A DNA stretch of 63,971 nt, filler included, from Octopus bimaculoides (lineage: Eukaryota): the NCBI RefSeq assembly GCF_001194135.2. It is 5 parts of 5 records of this genome, joined end to end, with 100 filler letters (N's around TTAATTAATTAA, not from the genome) between each part and the next. Parts side by side here need not be neighbours in the genome. Positions count along the whole stretch, not along the records: positions 19,661 to 43,169 come from NC_068996.1; positions 43,270 to 52,969 come from NC_068986.1; 3 more parts are not named here. One strand, 5' to 3'. The notes beneath the pieces were generated by a model. The model saw only the letters and a program-made list of their open reading frames with translations, made no database searches and had not been told where the DNA came from. The translations under genes and the position numbers were made by a program. Of this stretch, positions 37,021 to 50,898 are shown in pieces (the stretch's first letter is position 1; each line of letters starts with the position of its first letter).

Positions 37021-37847
37021 CAACGAGTGTATCAAGTAATAATAAATATGTTAAGCATGTCAATAAGTATAAATATCGAGATTTTCTTTTTAATTAACTT
37101 GTCTTATGTGACTGATAAAAGACATAATTAGTTTGGTTTCTCTAATGAGCGGCTGCATAAGTAGTAATTAGACTGTGACAGCTCTGTTAATTTCAGGGGG
37201 AAAATATATGATGATGATGATGAAGCTGACAGCATTGATTGCTAACAAACAGTAAAATTTTGACTGCAAAATGCACACTGTCTGCTGTAAAGATATCTGT
37301 TGCAGAGAACTGTTGAAGTTGATAGCTCGGTGTTGAAAGTACAATGCTAAAATAGGTTAGCTTACACTACCATATGAAACAGATTACACAATAAAAAAAA
37401 ATAATAAATAAATAAAAACGAAATCTACAAACAGATAACAATATTTTTCTAAAAATAATAAGTAGGTTTGTGAAAATTCAATATAATTTTTTATATAGGT
37501 ACTGCAAAATCCATTATTATACTCCACAATTGTAACAGCTATTAATGACATAAGCATTATTCATATATTGTGTTGGGTGCATTTTTGGAAGATAAATGTC
37601 TTCTGAAAAGTGAACAATAAAAAATATTTTTTTAAATGAAAGAGAAAACAGGAAAAATTATTGTTCATATTTTCCTTTTTTAAACCATGACATAACAATT
37701 TTTTTTTAAATAGTGTATCTGGATAAAAATAAAAGATAGATAACAGCCTGTAAATTTTGGATAAAAAAAACAACCCTTTGGGTGGAAAATAACCAAAAGC
37801 TGGCCATCGAAAGGTTTTTTTTTTTTTTAAACCCAATAGTTACAAGC

Positions 37848-38321
37848 TGTTGTTGTTGGCACTCCGTCGCTTACGACGTCGAAGGTTCCAGTTGATCCTA
37901 TCAACGGAACAGCCTGCTCGTGAAATTAACGTGCAAGTGGCTGAGCACTCCACAGACACGTGTACCCTTAACATAGTTCACAGGGGTATTCAGCGTGACG
38001 CAGTGTGACAAGGCTGGCCCTTTGAAAATACAGGCACAACAGAAACNNNNNNNNNNCGTAGTTCTCGGGGATATTCAGCGTGACACAGTGTGACAATGCT
38101 GACCCTTCCAATTACAGGCACAACAGAAACAGGAAGTAAGAGTGAGAGAAAGTTGTGGTGAAAGAGTACAGCAGGGTTCGCCACCATCCCGTGCCGGAGC
38201 CTCGTGGAGCTTTTAGGTGTTTTCGCTCAATAAACACTCACAACGCCTGGTCTGGGAATCGAAACCGCGATCTTATGACTGCAAGTCCGCTGCCCTAACC
38301 ACTGGGCCATTGCACCTCCAC
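37848..38321 (-). mobile_element. tRNA-derived SINE family C, near full length
   Basis: Minus head TGGCCCAGTGG (A box), GGTTTCGATTCC (B box); (AAC)n tail; partial relatives near 34560-34735, 42555-42600, 61570-61790. Confidence 0.8.
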
Positions 38322-38627
38322 AGGTTGTTGTTATTTATAGCTTTATTTGTTTCCAGATAGTCTGTTTCATAAAAGAATTATTTCGTATTCTCTCAAAGTT
38401 TATAAATTCATATGATGCAAGAATTATCATTTTGTATGTGTAGCATGGTTGTAGCCAGTATTTAGAACTGAGTAGGGACATTTTCAATTATTAAAATAAA
38501 ACCACATCACTATATGTGTTTTTGAATATACATTTTTTTTTCTGTGAGTAACACTTAACTATTTGAAGTAGGACAAAAGGGGACAAAAGACAGTCATTAT
38601 TGGTGGGAAGAGACAAAATATCACATA

Positions 38628-39530
38628 TGAGGCACCATCAAAAAGTTCCTGGATTATGTTTAATGAAAAATAACTTATTTACCTAAGTTTTAACATCATC
38701 TCCTTCGAAATAGTCCCCTTGTGCAGTAATACACTGGTCTCACCATTCCTGCAACTTTTGGAATCTGGCCTGGATGTCATTTTCCAAAAGCGAGTCAAAG
38801 ATTTTCTGCAATTTGCTCTGGATCTCAACAACAGTATTAAAACGGTGACCTTTGAGGTGCATTTTCATCTTGGGGAATAGATGGAAGTCCACAGGTGCTA
38901 AATCTGGTGAATGGGGCAGGTGTGGAAGCGATACCATGTTGTTTTTCATGAGAAACTCACAAGAGAGGAGAGCTCAGTAGCAAGGATGCATTGTCATCAT
39001 GCAGAATCCAATTCTTCATGCTCCACAGATTTGGTCGCTTTTACCAAATATTCTCCCTCAAACACTTCAAAACATTGCAGTAAAATTCTCAATTGATGGT
39101 CTGGCTCTGGGTGAGGATGGGATCCTCAATGCACAATACCACATTTCCCGAGGTGACACTCATAGCAAATCTTCTAAATCACTCATCGTCTTCCACTTTT
39201 GAAGCACCCGTACCACTTGAAACATGGCATATACAACCCATTACCTCATCACTGCAAGTTTGCCAAAGCATGTTGAATGTCTCTGTAGCAGACTTCCCAA
39301 GTTTAACACAAAATTTCTTGTTGACTCTTTGTTCCTGTCCATAACAAAAAATCACAGACTACAGCAAACATGTGATCACAAAAACACAAATTTCACAACT
39401 TGTGAAATAAACACAGTGATGTCACTCAGCACACTTCTTTGTGAAGGTCACTGCAAGCTCTCATTGCATGCACAACAGTGTGCTGCCATCTGTTGGCATG
39501 CTACAGAACTAGTTCTGACATAACAACAAA
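38628..39530 (-). mobile_element. Mariner deletion derivative
   Basis: TA|TGAGGCACCATCAAAAAGTTCCTGG end; peptide HLPHSPDLAPVDFHLFPKMKMHLKGHRF. Confidence 0.8.
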
Positions 39531-39946
39531 ATCTGGAAGTTTTTCCATTTTGCTTTTGGTGTCTTCAATATTTATATTACAAAGGAAGTCTATTTCCAAA
39601 TAAATACACACACAAACACATACAAATATGCAAACACACACACACACACACATACACACACATACAGATACACACAAAAACATTCATTTATATTCACTCA
39701 CATACTCGCACACCCATACACACATGCACGTATGCACACACCCAAGCCATTGTGTGATGTTTGGGAAGCGAGGAGTATAATTTTCATATTTTCCTGTTAT
39801 TTTTGGTATTTTTATTTACATCCTCATATTCTCATTTGAAAAAATTTCGTCACATACATTTTTTTTTTCAACAATCGCTCTGTCATTAACGTCAGCTTGG
39901 GCACTTCCAGTTAGTCACGTAATTTGTATTTGGTTTATATGTACAC

Positions 39947-39984
39947 ATCATCATCATCATAATCATCATCATCATCGTCATCAC

Positions 39985-40030
<46 letters not shown>
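39947..40030. repeat. (CAT)n microsatellite
   Basis: Direct reading; source of the poly-Met ORF. Confidence 0.95.
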
Positions 40031-40352
40031 GATTTAACATCCACTTTCCCATGCTTCCATAGATCAGATGGAATTTTGCTGAGGCAGACTTTCCACAGCT
40101 GCTTGCCCTCCCTGTCACCAACCCTCACCTGTTTCCCAGTAAGGTAATATGCTTCCCCAATAACCGGACATACTTTTCCACAGAAGATTGGGAACAAGGG
40201 ACACTGCAGTGTCACAGTAACACAGTGTGTTAGTTTCACCTTTTCAAGACAAGGTGGTGCTAACACACACGTGCATATGTGCTTCTTCACACATACACAC
40301 ACACACTCACTCATGCATGTACACATGTATATGCACACACACACATACATAT

Positions 40353-40581
40353 GGCGGCGAGCTGGCAGAAACGTTAGCACCCTGGGCGAAATGCTTAGCG
40401 GTATTTCATCTGCCGTTACATTCTGAGTTCAAATTCCGCCGAGGTCGACTTTGCCTTTCATCCTTTCGGGGTTGATTAAATAAGTATCAGTTACGCACTT
40501 GGGGCGATATAATTGACTTAATCCGTTTGTCTGTCCTTGTTTGTCCCCTCTCTGTGTAGCCCCTTGTGAGCAGTAAAGAAT
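40353..40581 (+). mobile_element. SINE family B, full length
   Basis: GGCGGCGAGCTGGCAGAAACGTTAGC (A box) ..GAGTTCAAATTCC (B box) ..GGTCGACTTTGCCTTTCATCC..CAGTAAAGAA. Confidence 0.85.
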
Positions 40582-40761
40582 TAATATATGGACTTTGCTA
40601 TTTGGTCCATTCTAGAAAGTGACATTTCAAGAGTTTCCTACAAAAATATCACTGATCTGAAGAATGCCTTAGTGGCATCATGAGATCATTTAAGAGCATC
40701 TGGAATTTATGTGATTCTGCTCTTGGCCATCTTTGGGCGATTGTGAAGTCTAAAGGTGGAC

Positions 40762-40922
40762 GTGTATGGCTGTGTGGTAAGTAACTTGCTTACCAACCAC
40801 ATGGTTCCAGGTTCAGTCCCACCGCATGGCACCTTAGGCAAGTGTCTTCTACTATAGCCTCGGACCGACCAAAGCCTTGTGAGTGGATTTGGTAAACAGA
40901 AACTGAAAGAAGCCTGTCGTAT
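40762..40922 (+). mobile_element. SINE family A, 5' half
   Basis: Head through GAAACTGAAAGAAGCCTGTCG then (TA)n. Confidence 0.8.
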
Positions 40923-41257
40923 ATATATATCTATATATCTATCTATATATATATATATATATATATNNNNNNNNNNNNNNNNNNNNNNNNNNNNNNNNNN
41001 NNNNNNNNNNNNNNNNNNNNNNNNNNNNNNNNNNNNNNNNNNNNNNNNNNNNNNNNNNNNNNNNNNNNNNNNNNNNNNNNNNNNNNNNNNNNNNNNNNNN
41101 NNNNNNNNNNNNNNNNNNNNNNNNNNNNNNNNNNNNNNNNNNNNNNNNNNNNNNNNNNNNNNNNNNNNNNNNNNNNNNNNNNNNNNNNNNNNNNNNNNNN
41201 NNNNNNNNNNNNNNNNNNNNNNNNNNNNNNNNNNNNNNNNNNNNNNNNNNNNNATAT

Positions 41258-41303
<46 letters not shown>

Positions 41304-41312
41304 ATATATATA

Positions 41313-41456
41313 TACGATGAGCTTCTTTCAGTTTCCGTCTACCAAACCCACTTGGCCCAAGGCTATAGTAGAAGACACTTGCTCAAAGTGCCACACAGTG
41401 GGACTGAACCCAAAACCATGTAGCTGGTAAGCAAGCTTTTAACCACACAGCCATGC
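41313..41456 (-). mobile_element. SINE family A, 5' half (inverted)
   Basis: Reverse head from CTTCTTTCAGTTTCCGTC to ACCACACAGCCATGC. Confidence 0.8.
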
Positions 41457-41929
41457 AGGAAGATCTACACATTGGTGGGAAATCCAACAGAATCAGTAGA
41501 TACAACCAAAAATACCTTGTGGTATTTATCCTACCCAAATTACACAAACACTCTCACCATCAGAGACGTGGTCCACCATTCACTGTAGCTAGCGATTTTT
41601 TTTGCACATATTTTGCACAATTTAAAAGAAATTAACATTTGGCATTGACCTAATTAACTACACAACTACAACCAAAATATTTGCCTCTGTGACCTTATGA
41701 AGTAATTATTAGAAATAAGGCTTCCAGATAAATGTTTTACATTTATCACTTGTTGGTAGTTAACGAAGTAAGTCCTGTCTTAATTGTTGAATTGTTCTCT
41801 GAATAAGTTTTATCAACTCGCAACATCATACTTGATCAGCTTATGTTCATTTAATATTGCAATTTAATAGACTAAACATGACTAATTAGCTTGATACTTA
41901 AATTAATTATATGTGTGTATGCATATCTG

Positions 41930-42305
41930 TGCGTGCACACACACACACACAAACACACACTCATATGGACTTTTACAAGAAAGAGGTTGACTGACAAAAT
42001 TTCCGTTTGCTTGCCTTCATTAGATAGTCTGAAGAAAATGAGCATGAACACACACACATACACACACACACACACTTGCATGCACACACACACACATACA
42101 AACACGTATGCATGCACACACACACATGCATGCACACAACCAGACACATGCACATGCAGTGCACACATCCATACATACACATATGCACATGTACACACAC
42201 ACATACATGCACACGCGTGCACATACATACATGCATGCACACACACACACACTCACACACGTACACATGCACACACACATGCATGCATTCACATAAACAC
42301 ATACA
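41930..42305. repeat. Degenerate (CA)/(CATG) low-complexity tract
   Basis: Direct reading; source of His/Thr and Cys/Val pseudo-ORFs. Confidence 0.9.
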
Positions 42306-42609
42306 TGAAGGTGCAGTTTGGCCAAATGGTTAAGCGGTTCACTTCGCAACCACAAGATCTAAGGGTCAATCTGATGGTGTGGCATTTTAAGAAAATGCCA
42401 CCTTTGGTTCTGAATTGATCAAAGCATTGTCAATGATACTGGTCGGTTAGAAGCTCTTTAGAAACTCACAGAGTAGATTGTATCTTCGTTTCAAAATTCA
42501 GAATATGCAGTCACACCACATATTGTATCACACAGATTTTGAGGATTATGTTAAGACTACACGTGTCTGTGGAATACTCAACCATGTACACATTAATTCA
42601 TTTGATTAA

Positions 42610-42786
42610 CCCATTAGCATTCAGATTACTTTGTCAAATGTAATGCTTTTTTATTCACATCGTTATGGAATTAATTCTGTATTATCTCATAGCTTGAAGA
42701 TTTCAGTGATGTGATTACTTATTTTTAGAATGACATTGTAGGGTAGGTACGAGTGGCCTGATCTGGTCAGTTTGAATACTAAAGGG
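42610..42786. mobile_element. piggyBac-type MITE (same family as 29513)
   Basis: TTAA|CCCATTAGCATTCA...TGAATACTAAAGGG|TTAA. Confidence 0.85.
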
Positions 42787-42810
42787 TTAAACAGCAGAAT
42801 CCTCATTGCC

Positions 42811-43169
42811 AAATGATAGAGAGATGCTGCCAGTAAGGTGAGGGTTGGAAATGAGTACAACAATGAATTCCGGGTAGAGGTAGGGGTCCACCAAGGTTCC
42901 GTCCTCAGCCCCTTCTTATTTATCATAGTCCTCCAGGCAATCACAGAGGAGTTCAAGACAGGTTGCCCCTGGGAGCTCCTCTATGCTGATGACCTTGCCC
43001 TAATTGCAGAGTCACTATCAGAACTAGAGGAGAAGTTTCAGGTGTGGAAGCAAGGTCTAGAATTGAAGGGCCTTAGAGTCAACCTAGCTAAAACCAAAAT
43101 CCTAATAAGTAGGAAGGTAGATAAAACACAAACCCCTTCAGGTAGATGGCCCTGCTCAGTATGTAGAAA
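42811..43169 (+). mobile_element. RTE-clade LINE fragment, RT core
   Basis: GVHQGSVLSPFLF and LLYADDL motifs; runs into gap. Confidence 0.9.
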
Positions 43170-44789
43170 NNNNNNNNNNNNNNNNNNNNNNNNNNNNNNN
43201 NNNNNNNNNNNNNTTAATTAATTAANNNNNNNNNNNNNNNNNNNNNNNNNNNNNNNNNNNNNNNNNNNNTTATAATATTATATGATTGAACGTTACGCAT
43301 TTATTTCCAAGTAAGTTTACCTTATGTATGTATGTATGTATGTATCTAAATATGTATTTATATATATGTATAGAGGTATATGCGGATATGTGTGCGTGAT
43401 TGTGTGCATACAGAAGGGAAGAGAGAAAGAGAGAGGAAAAAAAGGATGGTAAGGATACTATTTCAGTGCCTAACCTAAAAACAGCGTCAAGTTTTCTATG
43501 GCCACTAGAGATGAAACAAATTCGTTTGCCCCTGTTGTATTATTGTTTCGTTTATGATTGATGGTCGTTATCAGACAAAAATGGTGACTGAGGAAGTGCT
43601 GACAGCAGCATCAATTAATTACTAACTGATGAGTATCGCTGAGGAGATGGCTTGGGCAGCCCTCCCTGTCAACCATATCCACCAGTAGCAGTATAAGACA
43701 AGATGGTGTTTGAATGCTAACAATATTTCTCGGGCTTCCAGCTGAGAGCAGTAGAAAAAGACAAAGAACCGAATAAAGAGAGGTTCCGTGAATTTTTTAC
43801 CACATAGTCAGAGTGTGACCTTTTTTTTTTTTTTTTTCGCCTGGCAGTCCAAATCTTGTGTTGAAAGTTGCCCTCAAACTAGAAACCCCGCCCGGCTTGC
43901 AACTCAATGAATTATGTAAAAGACACCCAAATATCAAGTAATTGTATTAAATTGGGTGATATATTTAGTCTACTATCCAATGTGAAAGAAAAAGCGCATC
44001 ATGTTATTTCATCTTTTTAGTCTGAATCAAGTCTTTCTGTTATTTCACAAATTATTCAAACATACAAGGAAGTTTGAAAATCTAGGATCATTGTTCGTGG
44101 AGCTAAAAGCAAAATTGAAACGTGATAATAGTAAAAGTAAGTCTCTTTTACAAGGTATCTTGAATGTCGATGAAGCAATAAATAGTATCACATTTAATTC
44201 AAATGAGCCACATGTAGGCCTTGAGCCACGCTTCCTCTATATTCTTTCTTGCTTGTTAAGAACTAGAAAGCCGCTTTAATGTTATAGTATCAAGACCGAT
44301 CGACATATGATAGGTTCATATCTCGCAGGTGACTTTCCCTTCAAAGGTTTTATGAGCTTATTTATTGAGACATTTGCATTCGAGATACTTCGTAAAGAAA
44401 CTTATTTTCAAAACTCCGACTATTCTAAATGAGGGTCGAATAGGAAATAGGTATTTTATTAGTTTGAGTGCGGTTTCGTGTTCAGCCAGAGAGGAAAGGA
44501 TAGCACCCATGGCCCTTTATTCTTCGATACATTTTTGAGAAAGTTCAACTGAAACAAGAGATCGAAGTCAAATCCTTGCGAAGATGCCGACGGACCGAGT
44601 TGTTGGCGACAGGAGGCCAATATCCTTCTATAATTGATGTGAAAGAAAAAAATTATTTCACTGATTGTTATATATTTTATTTCCATATCAAAGGATTCCA
44701 TTATTTTTAAAATCATCTGAACCTACAGGAAATTTATGAACCTGGGATTATTGCTGTAGGCATTGGAAAAATGTCAAATACTAAAAATA

Positions 44790-44834
<45 letters not shown>

Positions 44835-45960
44835 TGTGTAGGTGCACGTATGCATGTGCATGAGTGTGTGCGCGCACATGTGTGTGTTTAGTTAAGGAGG
44901 AGAGGGTAGTTTCCTTGACACTTCACTTTTTTGAAAGTATTTTACACTTATCCTCAAGCCGGAGTTATCCTCAAACCGGAGACCTAACTCAAATGTTTGA
45001 ACATCTAAATCACCCAGATGGTGATGTGTGTGTGTGTTTGCGTGTGTGTGTGTACATAATATAAATACATACATACACAGTCACATATACATTGTTTGAG
45101 AAGATTTGCATACGAAACGAGAAGAAAAACATCAACAGGATTTAAAAAAGAGGAAATTTTGAAGAGAGTTCGAGTAAATACATCTTGATGGGATGGAAAT
45201 GAAATAAAATATAATTTTAAAATAACACATAAAAAATATTTTTCGTTTCTACAGAGGAGAAAAAACAACTCTGGTAAAATGCTAAAGGTATTGTCATTAT
45301 TGTTTATGGGAGTTATTGCCACTGGTAAAGGTTGCAGATAACAGATTGCGCCTTCATAACTTTTGGCGGAATGATGAAAGTGATAAAAAGACATTATGGA
45401 AAAAGATGGCGACATTGATAATGACACGATAATGTTTGAGGCTAATATTGCAGCTGGCCAGATGAAGTAAGCGAGAAAGCAGATAGCTGATCTCCTGGCT
45501 TCACAATTCGTTTTATATTCACCTGCCATAACACTGTATCCATGGTCAGCTCAAAACGCTTAACCTTCAAGTAAGGGTTCCATTCGTCTTTATTTTTTTC
45601 TACTGTTTTTCTATAACTCGAAACATTTACAGCTACGTAATATCACTTACAAAATTACTAACTGAATTTATCATAATTATCTAATTACTAATTAATTCAG
45701 TTGTATTTTAGATGAAAGTCAGTTCATCATTAAGGATTTGAAGTATGAAAATTCAGCTACTGTTGCTGGTACAAATAAAACATTAAATTAGTACACATAG
45801 AGGTAGACTCACGAACACACAAAAATATATATACTTATATATACGTATACACATACACATACACATATACACACACACGCACATGCACACACACATACAC
45901 ACGCACACACATATATGCATACACGCGCGCACACTTTCCCACTCACAGACATACACACAC

Positions 45961-47160
45961 ACTAAGGTAAGTCAAATAGGATTTACACTTTCCCTAAAAC
46001 TTCCTTTAGATTGACGACAAGACCTTCAGCCCTGGTGTGCTAAAAGGTGGTTATGTAACCGAGGTTCGACCTTGAACACTTTAGTTTTCTTTCTTGTATT
46101 TCAAAGTAAAGATGGCTGCTCCGCTTGTAGTGTACGCCAAGTAAGAATACAGATCAGTGATACATCTCAATTCTGAAGGTGTGTTATGGGCTGAAATTCA
46201 TCGCAGACTTTCAGTTCAATAAGAGGACAGTACAGACGTGTACATGAGTGGCTCGAGAATCTTAAAAGTGGCCGGACAAGTGTGATGCACAAAGAGGGAG
46301 CAGGATGCCGATCAACCTCCACTAGTGACGAGAAGATTCAACAAGCTTGTGAGAATATTCTGGCGAACCGACGAGTTACCATCGATGAGATAGCATGTTC
46401 TCTGCAAATTAGTCATGGTTTTGCATACGAAATTATCCACAAGTTTCGATTCTGTTAAATTAGTACGAGATAGTTGCCAAGAAAGCTTACCACAGTGCGT
46501 AAGTGCAATCGTTTGGAGATCTGTTAACACTTAATCAACTGCTACAGCGATGAAAGCGAAGCATTTCTGGAGAGGATAGCCATAGGAAATGAGACGTTGG
46601 TCCGTCATTTTAAGCAAGAGTTCAAAAGCAGAGAAAGGAATGGAAATACTCGGAATCACCAGCAAAAGAGAAATTGAAGGCTCAACTTTCCACAGAAAAA
46701 GTGATGCTAACCGCTTTTTGGGGAGGCAAAAGAACTTATACTGGAACATTACTTGGGAAAAAGATCTACAATCACCAGCGTAGGTTACAGTGAAATGCTG
46801 GCCAAGTAACTGAAACCAGCAATTCGCACCAAACGCCAAGGTCTATGGTCAAAGCAAGAGTTATTGCTGCACGAAAATGCACGCCCATATATAGCCGCAT
46901 ATACCGTTGAAAACAACCGAATGACTGGATTTAGAGTTTCCGGAACACTCTGCATGCAATCTAGATCTGCCTTCTCCGACAATTACCTCTTTAGAAAGTT
47001 CAAACATCATTTACGAGGTCGTCGATTTGCTACAGAAGAAGCGCAGGGAGCGGTGCTTAAATAACTACGAGACAAATTGAAAGCCTTCTTCTCGAATAAG
47101 CAAGCTTGTGATCTGCTGGCAATGCATCGAAAAGCAAGGAATCTGGATAAACTGGAATTT
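45961..47160 (+). mobile_element. Degraded mariner transposase (multiple stops and frameshifts)
   Basis: MAAPLV..AEIHRRL..KSGRTSV..NRRVTIDEIA..FLERIAIGNETLVRH..KVMLTAFW..LLHENARPY..SDNYLFRKFKHHLRGRRF; boundaries approximate. Confidence 0.8.
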
Positions 47161-48050
47161 TCAGAAAGAGAAATCGAACGGTTAATTCGTACATTACAAG
47201 TGCAATCTGTGAGTGGAACAGTAAAACTATGCAGGAATTTTTTCAATTCCAAATGTGAATTTGTCTGTCTTAACTACATCCCAAAGATGGCAACTTGTAT
47301 CTTTGTTGGAAACCGGCTGCCTTCTTAGTGGAAGATTTCTAATAATTAAAAAATAGAAGAGACATACATACCCGTCTGGAGCTGAGCTTGAAATCTTGGG
47401 GAGAGAATGCAAATCCTTAATTCATACGCTACAAATGATCACAATATCTAGGACTATAAAAAAATCTGCAAGACGTTCTTAAGATTTAAAGGATAATGGT
47501 CAAAACAAGAAACTTTCCTTCATAACCTTGCTACCAAGTAGGCGGCCGGTCAAAATTTACTCTGAATTAGAAAGACAAAAAGAACGTGCATACATACATA
47601 CATACAAACATACATACATACATACATACATACATATGTATATGTATATAACGGAAGAGGAACGAAAGACAATTACTGAAACTAGCTACAATTCGATGTA
47701 CGAGCATCTGTCTCAGTGCATAGGCGCACATGCGTATGTGCATATGTGTGGAGGCGAGAGGGCGAGAGCAGATAAAGAAGAGGAGATAGAGGACAGGGTA
47801 GAAAAAGGGAGGGAGGAATATGTATTTCCTTTCCTGTAGCGATAAAAGTAGTTGGGTAGGGGTATTTGGTTAGGAGACTATGGGAAACTCATGTTGATAC
47901 AATAGTCCTAAATCCATCATGTAGTAAAGCTATAAATCTTCCTTCAGAGAGCGTCGGGATAAATATTTTGTATTTTTTAATATCACATTAACCTTATTCC
48001 AGAATGTGTGTGTGTGTGTGTGTGTTGATGGATGTACATGTACATATATA

Positions 48051-48101
<51 letters not shown>

Positions 48102-48160
48102 NNNNNNNNNNNNNNNNNNNNNNNNNNNNNNNNNNNNNNNNNNNNNNNNNNNNNNNNNNN

Positions 48161-48194
<34 letters not shown>

Positions 48195-48330
48195 TGAGGA
48201 AAGGAGGAATAGTTTTTAAAATTTGGAAAGACAGAATAAAATATGTTAAAATAATGCGAAGAAGAAGATGGCAATGATAAGGAAGGATGAGTCGCAGAAG
48301 AGAGAAAGAAGGATACGCATAGAAACATGT

Positions 48331-48405
48331 TGAAGAAGAAGAAGAAGAAGAAGAAGAAGAAGAAGAAGAAGAAGAAGAAATTTATGATGATGATGATGAT
48401 GATGG
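48331..48405. repeat. (GAA)n/(GAT)n microsatellite
   Basis: Direct reading; source of the poly-Lys/Met ORF. Confidence 0.95.
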
Positions 48406-48966
48406 CAATTGCATTAATTTGTTCTTGTTTGTATTTTTTCCAATTTCGTCAAATCATCATCACCATCATCATCATCGTTGTTGCTTTTGATGTTGTTGGC
48501 GTTTTTGCTGTCGTTATTGTTATTTTATATATTAATATTATTTTTATTTTTCATTTTTTATTTTGCACTCTTTGTTTTGTTTGTTTCAATAGTATATTTT
48601 TTGAACCTTTCGTTTCTAAGTTTCCAAAGTATAGTCTTTTAGCTTTTTGTTACCTTCTCTTTTTCTTTCTCTCCCTTCTTTTTTTTTTGTTTTGTTTTGT
48701 TTTCGTCTTGTTTACATTCCAAAGCTATTTAACCAATACACATCCGGATATTTATCGTCTTCATATTCTAATTAGTGTTCTTTTTCTCTTGTGTGTTTAT
48801 TTATATGTTTCCTTGCTTGTTTGTGTTTTTCCTGACTGCAAATATTTGGTTCAACAAGAAGTCAACGAACTGCGACCATTTTTATTTGTTATTTCAGCGT
48901 TCTAATAATGGCCATTTCAACCCTACTAGTTCTCCTCTTATGGCTTCCAGATATTCGAGTTTCTTT

Positions 48967-49002
<36 letters not shown>

Positions 49003-50229
49003 CAACATTCTAGAGAAAGACTCGATAATGATGAAGACGACAACGACGATGACGATGATGGTGATGATGATTTCTCTGTCCTCCAAGTGTTGTTGCTGTT
49101 GCTGCTGCTGCTGCTGTTACTATTCTTGCTTAGTCTCAGGCTAGTACTGATTGAAAATACTTCAAAAGGACTCCAGTCGTAACCAACACATCTTTATTTT
49201 CCAGACATAGTTTATATAAAACACCATTATTCAGTTAATCCTTCCTTGTTTTTTAAACAAAGCTGGTAGATGCAATTTGAGGGGGATTTGGTAGGTACTT
49301 CTAACCGGTCGAACACCTTCGTTGACTCGTAATTCCTTAATAAAAATTAACTTGTGATACTAATTTCAAATGGTCCCCTCCTACGAATCCTATCACCAGC
49401 CGACTTAACATGATAGGGAGAAAATATCTCAGATCAGCGTTTTGCGTACTAAAGACGCATGCAATAGGGTCTCACAAATGTAATACATTGAGTTGGAAAA
49501 TGTTAGTCAACTTAGATCATCCAAACGATTTGTAGGCAAAAACTACTTTTGGGAAGTTTATAACCTAACAACAATACTCAAGAGAGAGAACTTCTATCAG
49601 ATTAGCTGATCGAAAGTTTTGGGTAATATTAACAATGCCGACAGGAAACTATGAATGGAATCAATGTTGTTTTCTGTGGTGGAAAACGAATGTCATAATT
49701 AACACGACGTCAGCGAACAGCCAATGAAGGAGTTTCCAAGGGAGTGGTTTCTCGATCTATCAGAAATAATAACCAAATCGCTCTCATATTTCACAGTACT
49801 GTCTTAAAAGAAGGACAGTACACATCAAACATTCTTGTCCGAGATGCAACTTTTTTCTGAGACAGAAGAGCATATTTTCTCAGTATTGTAGTAATGAAAG
49901 GTGTCTATAGCACAAGAGGATTGCCATTTTATTTTCTGTCCCTCAAATAGCACTCGAACCATCTCAAATAAGAAAAGGACAGATTTGTCATTGTTGTCCT
50001 TCCTTACATCGTCAGGTCAACAAATAAACAGTGGTGACTTTCTTGACAAACACTTTGTGCTTATCATGAAGTATTTGTGGGCGACTACAAAGGTTGTTTT
50101 CCATTTACTGTCTTCGAATAATAGTTTTTTTTTTACAAATTTGATTGGACATTCAGAACGTGAAGATTCGGAACAAATACCACAAAACATTTTATTCAAC
50201 ATTCTAATGATTCCGAAAGTGCACTAACT

Positions 50230-50345
50230 AGGGCTGGTATTTGATTTTGAGGGAAACCTAGGTGAGATCTGAACTCAGAAAGTAAAAAGCCGGTAGAAAT
50301 AGGCAGGGCATTTTATCCGTTGTTCTCACGTTTCTGTCAATTCTC
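50230..50345 (-). mobile_element. Degraded SINE family B head
   Basis: GAGATCTGAACTCAGAAAGTAAAAAGCCGG..GGCATTTTATCCGTTG. Confidence 0.45.
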
Positions 50346-50855
50346 CAACTTAATGTAGTCCTGTAAAGATGTCTCCCCTCATACACCCTACCCTTTTCCT
50401 CCCAAGATAATGAAGTTTCATAAACTCCTGAACTGAGACAAGATGTCCACTTTTGGAACAGGTCTGCTCAGCCAGGATTGAGCTAGCGATAAACACATCT
50501 ACCAACTCTACCACATTCACCACTTTCCTCATTACATGAGCATGTGTGTTCCCAAGATATAATAATCATAAAAGATTACAAAGAATGAAGAAATATCTGA
50601 TTTACAGCACCATACTGTTGACTGCTACAAATTTGTAACGGGACTTCGCAAATGGTTGATCACGTTCAGAGCTGGTGCATCTTTTTCTCTTTTATATGAC
50701 ATTGAAATAATTTCATTTGACTTACATTACCAAGACACTTAAGAAGGACATAGACATCACATTTGATATTTTTATGAAAACAAATCAATAATAATATTAA
50801 GAAGAGAGAAGACGACCTGTGCATGATTTTTGTTGGACTACATTATCCTTAACCA

Positions 50856-50898
<43 letters not shown>

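Noticed and set aside
41872-42418. His/Thr-, Cys/Val-, Ile/Tyr-, poly-Met and poly-Asp ORFs across the window
   Set aside because: Translations of (CA)n, (TG)n, (TA)n and (GAT)n microsatellites.
45005-45529. 174-aa minus-strand ORF
   Set aside because: No recognisable domain, ends in a microsatellite, composition typical of AT-rich noncoding DNA.
48327-48905. 192-aa hydrophobic ORF resembling a membrane protein
   Set aside because: Derived from (GAA)n, (GAT)n and T-rich low-complexity DNA.
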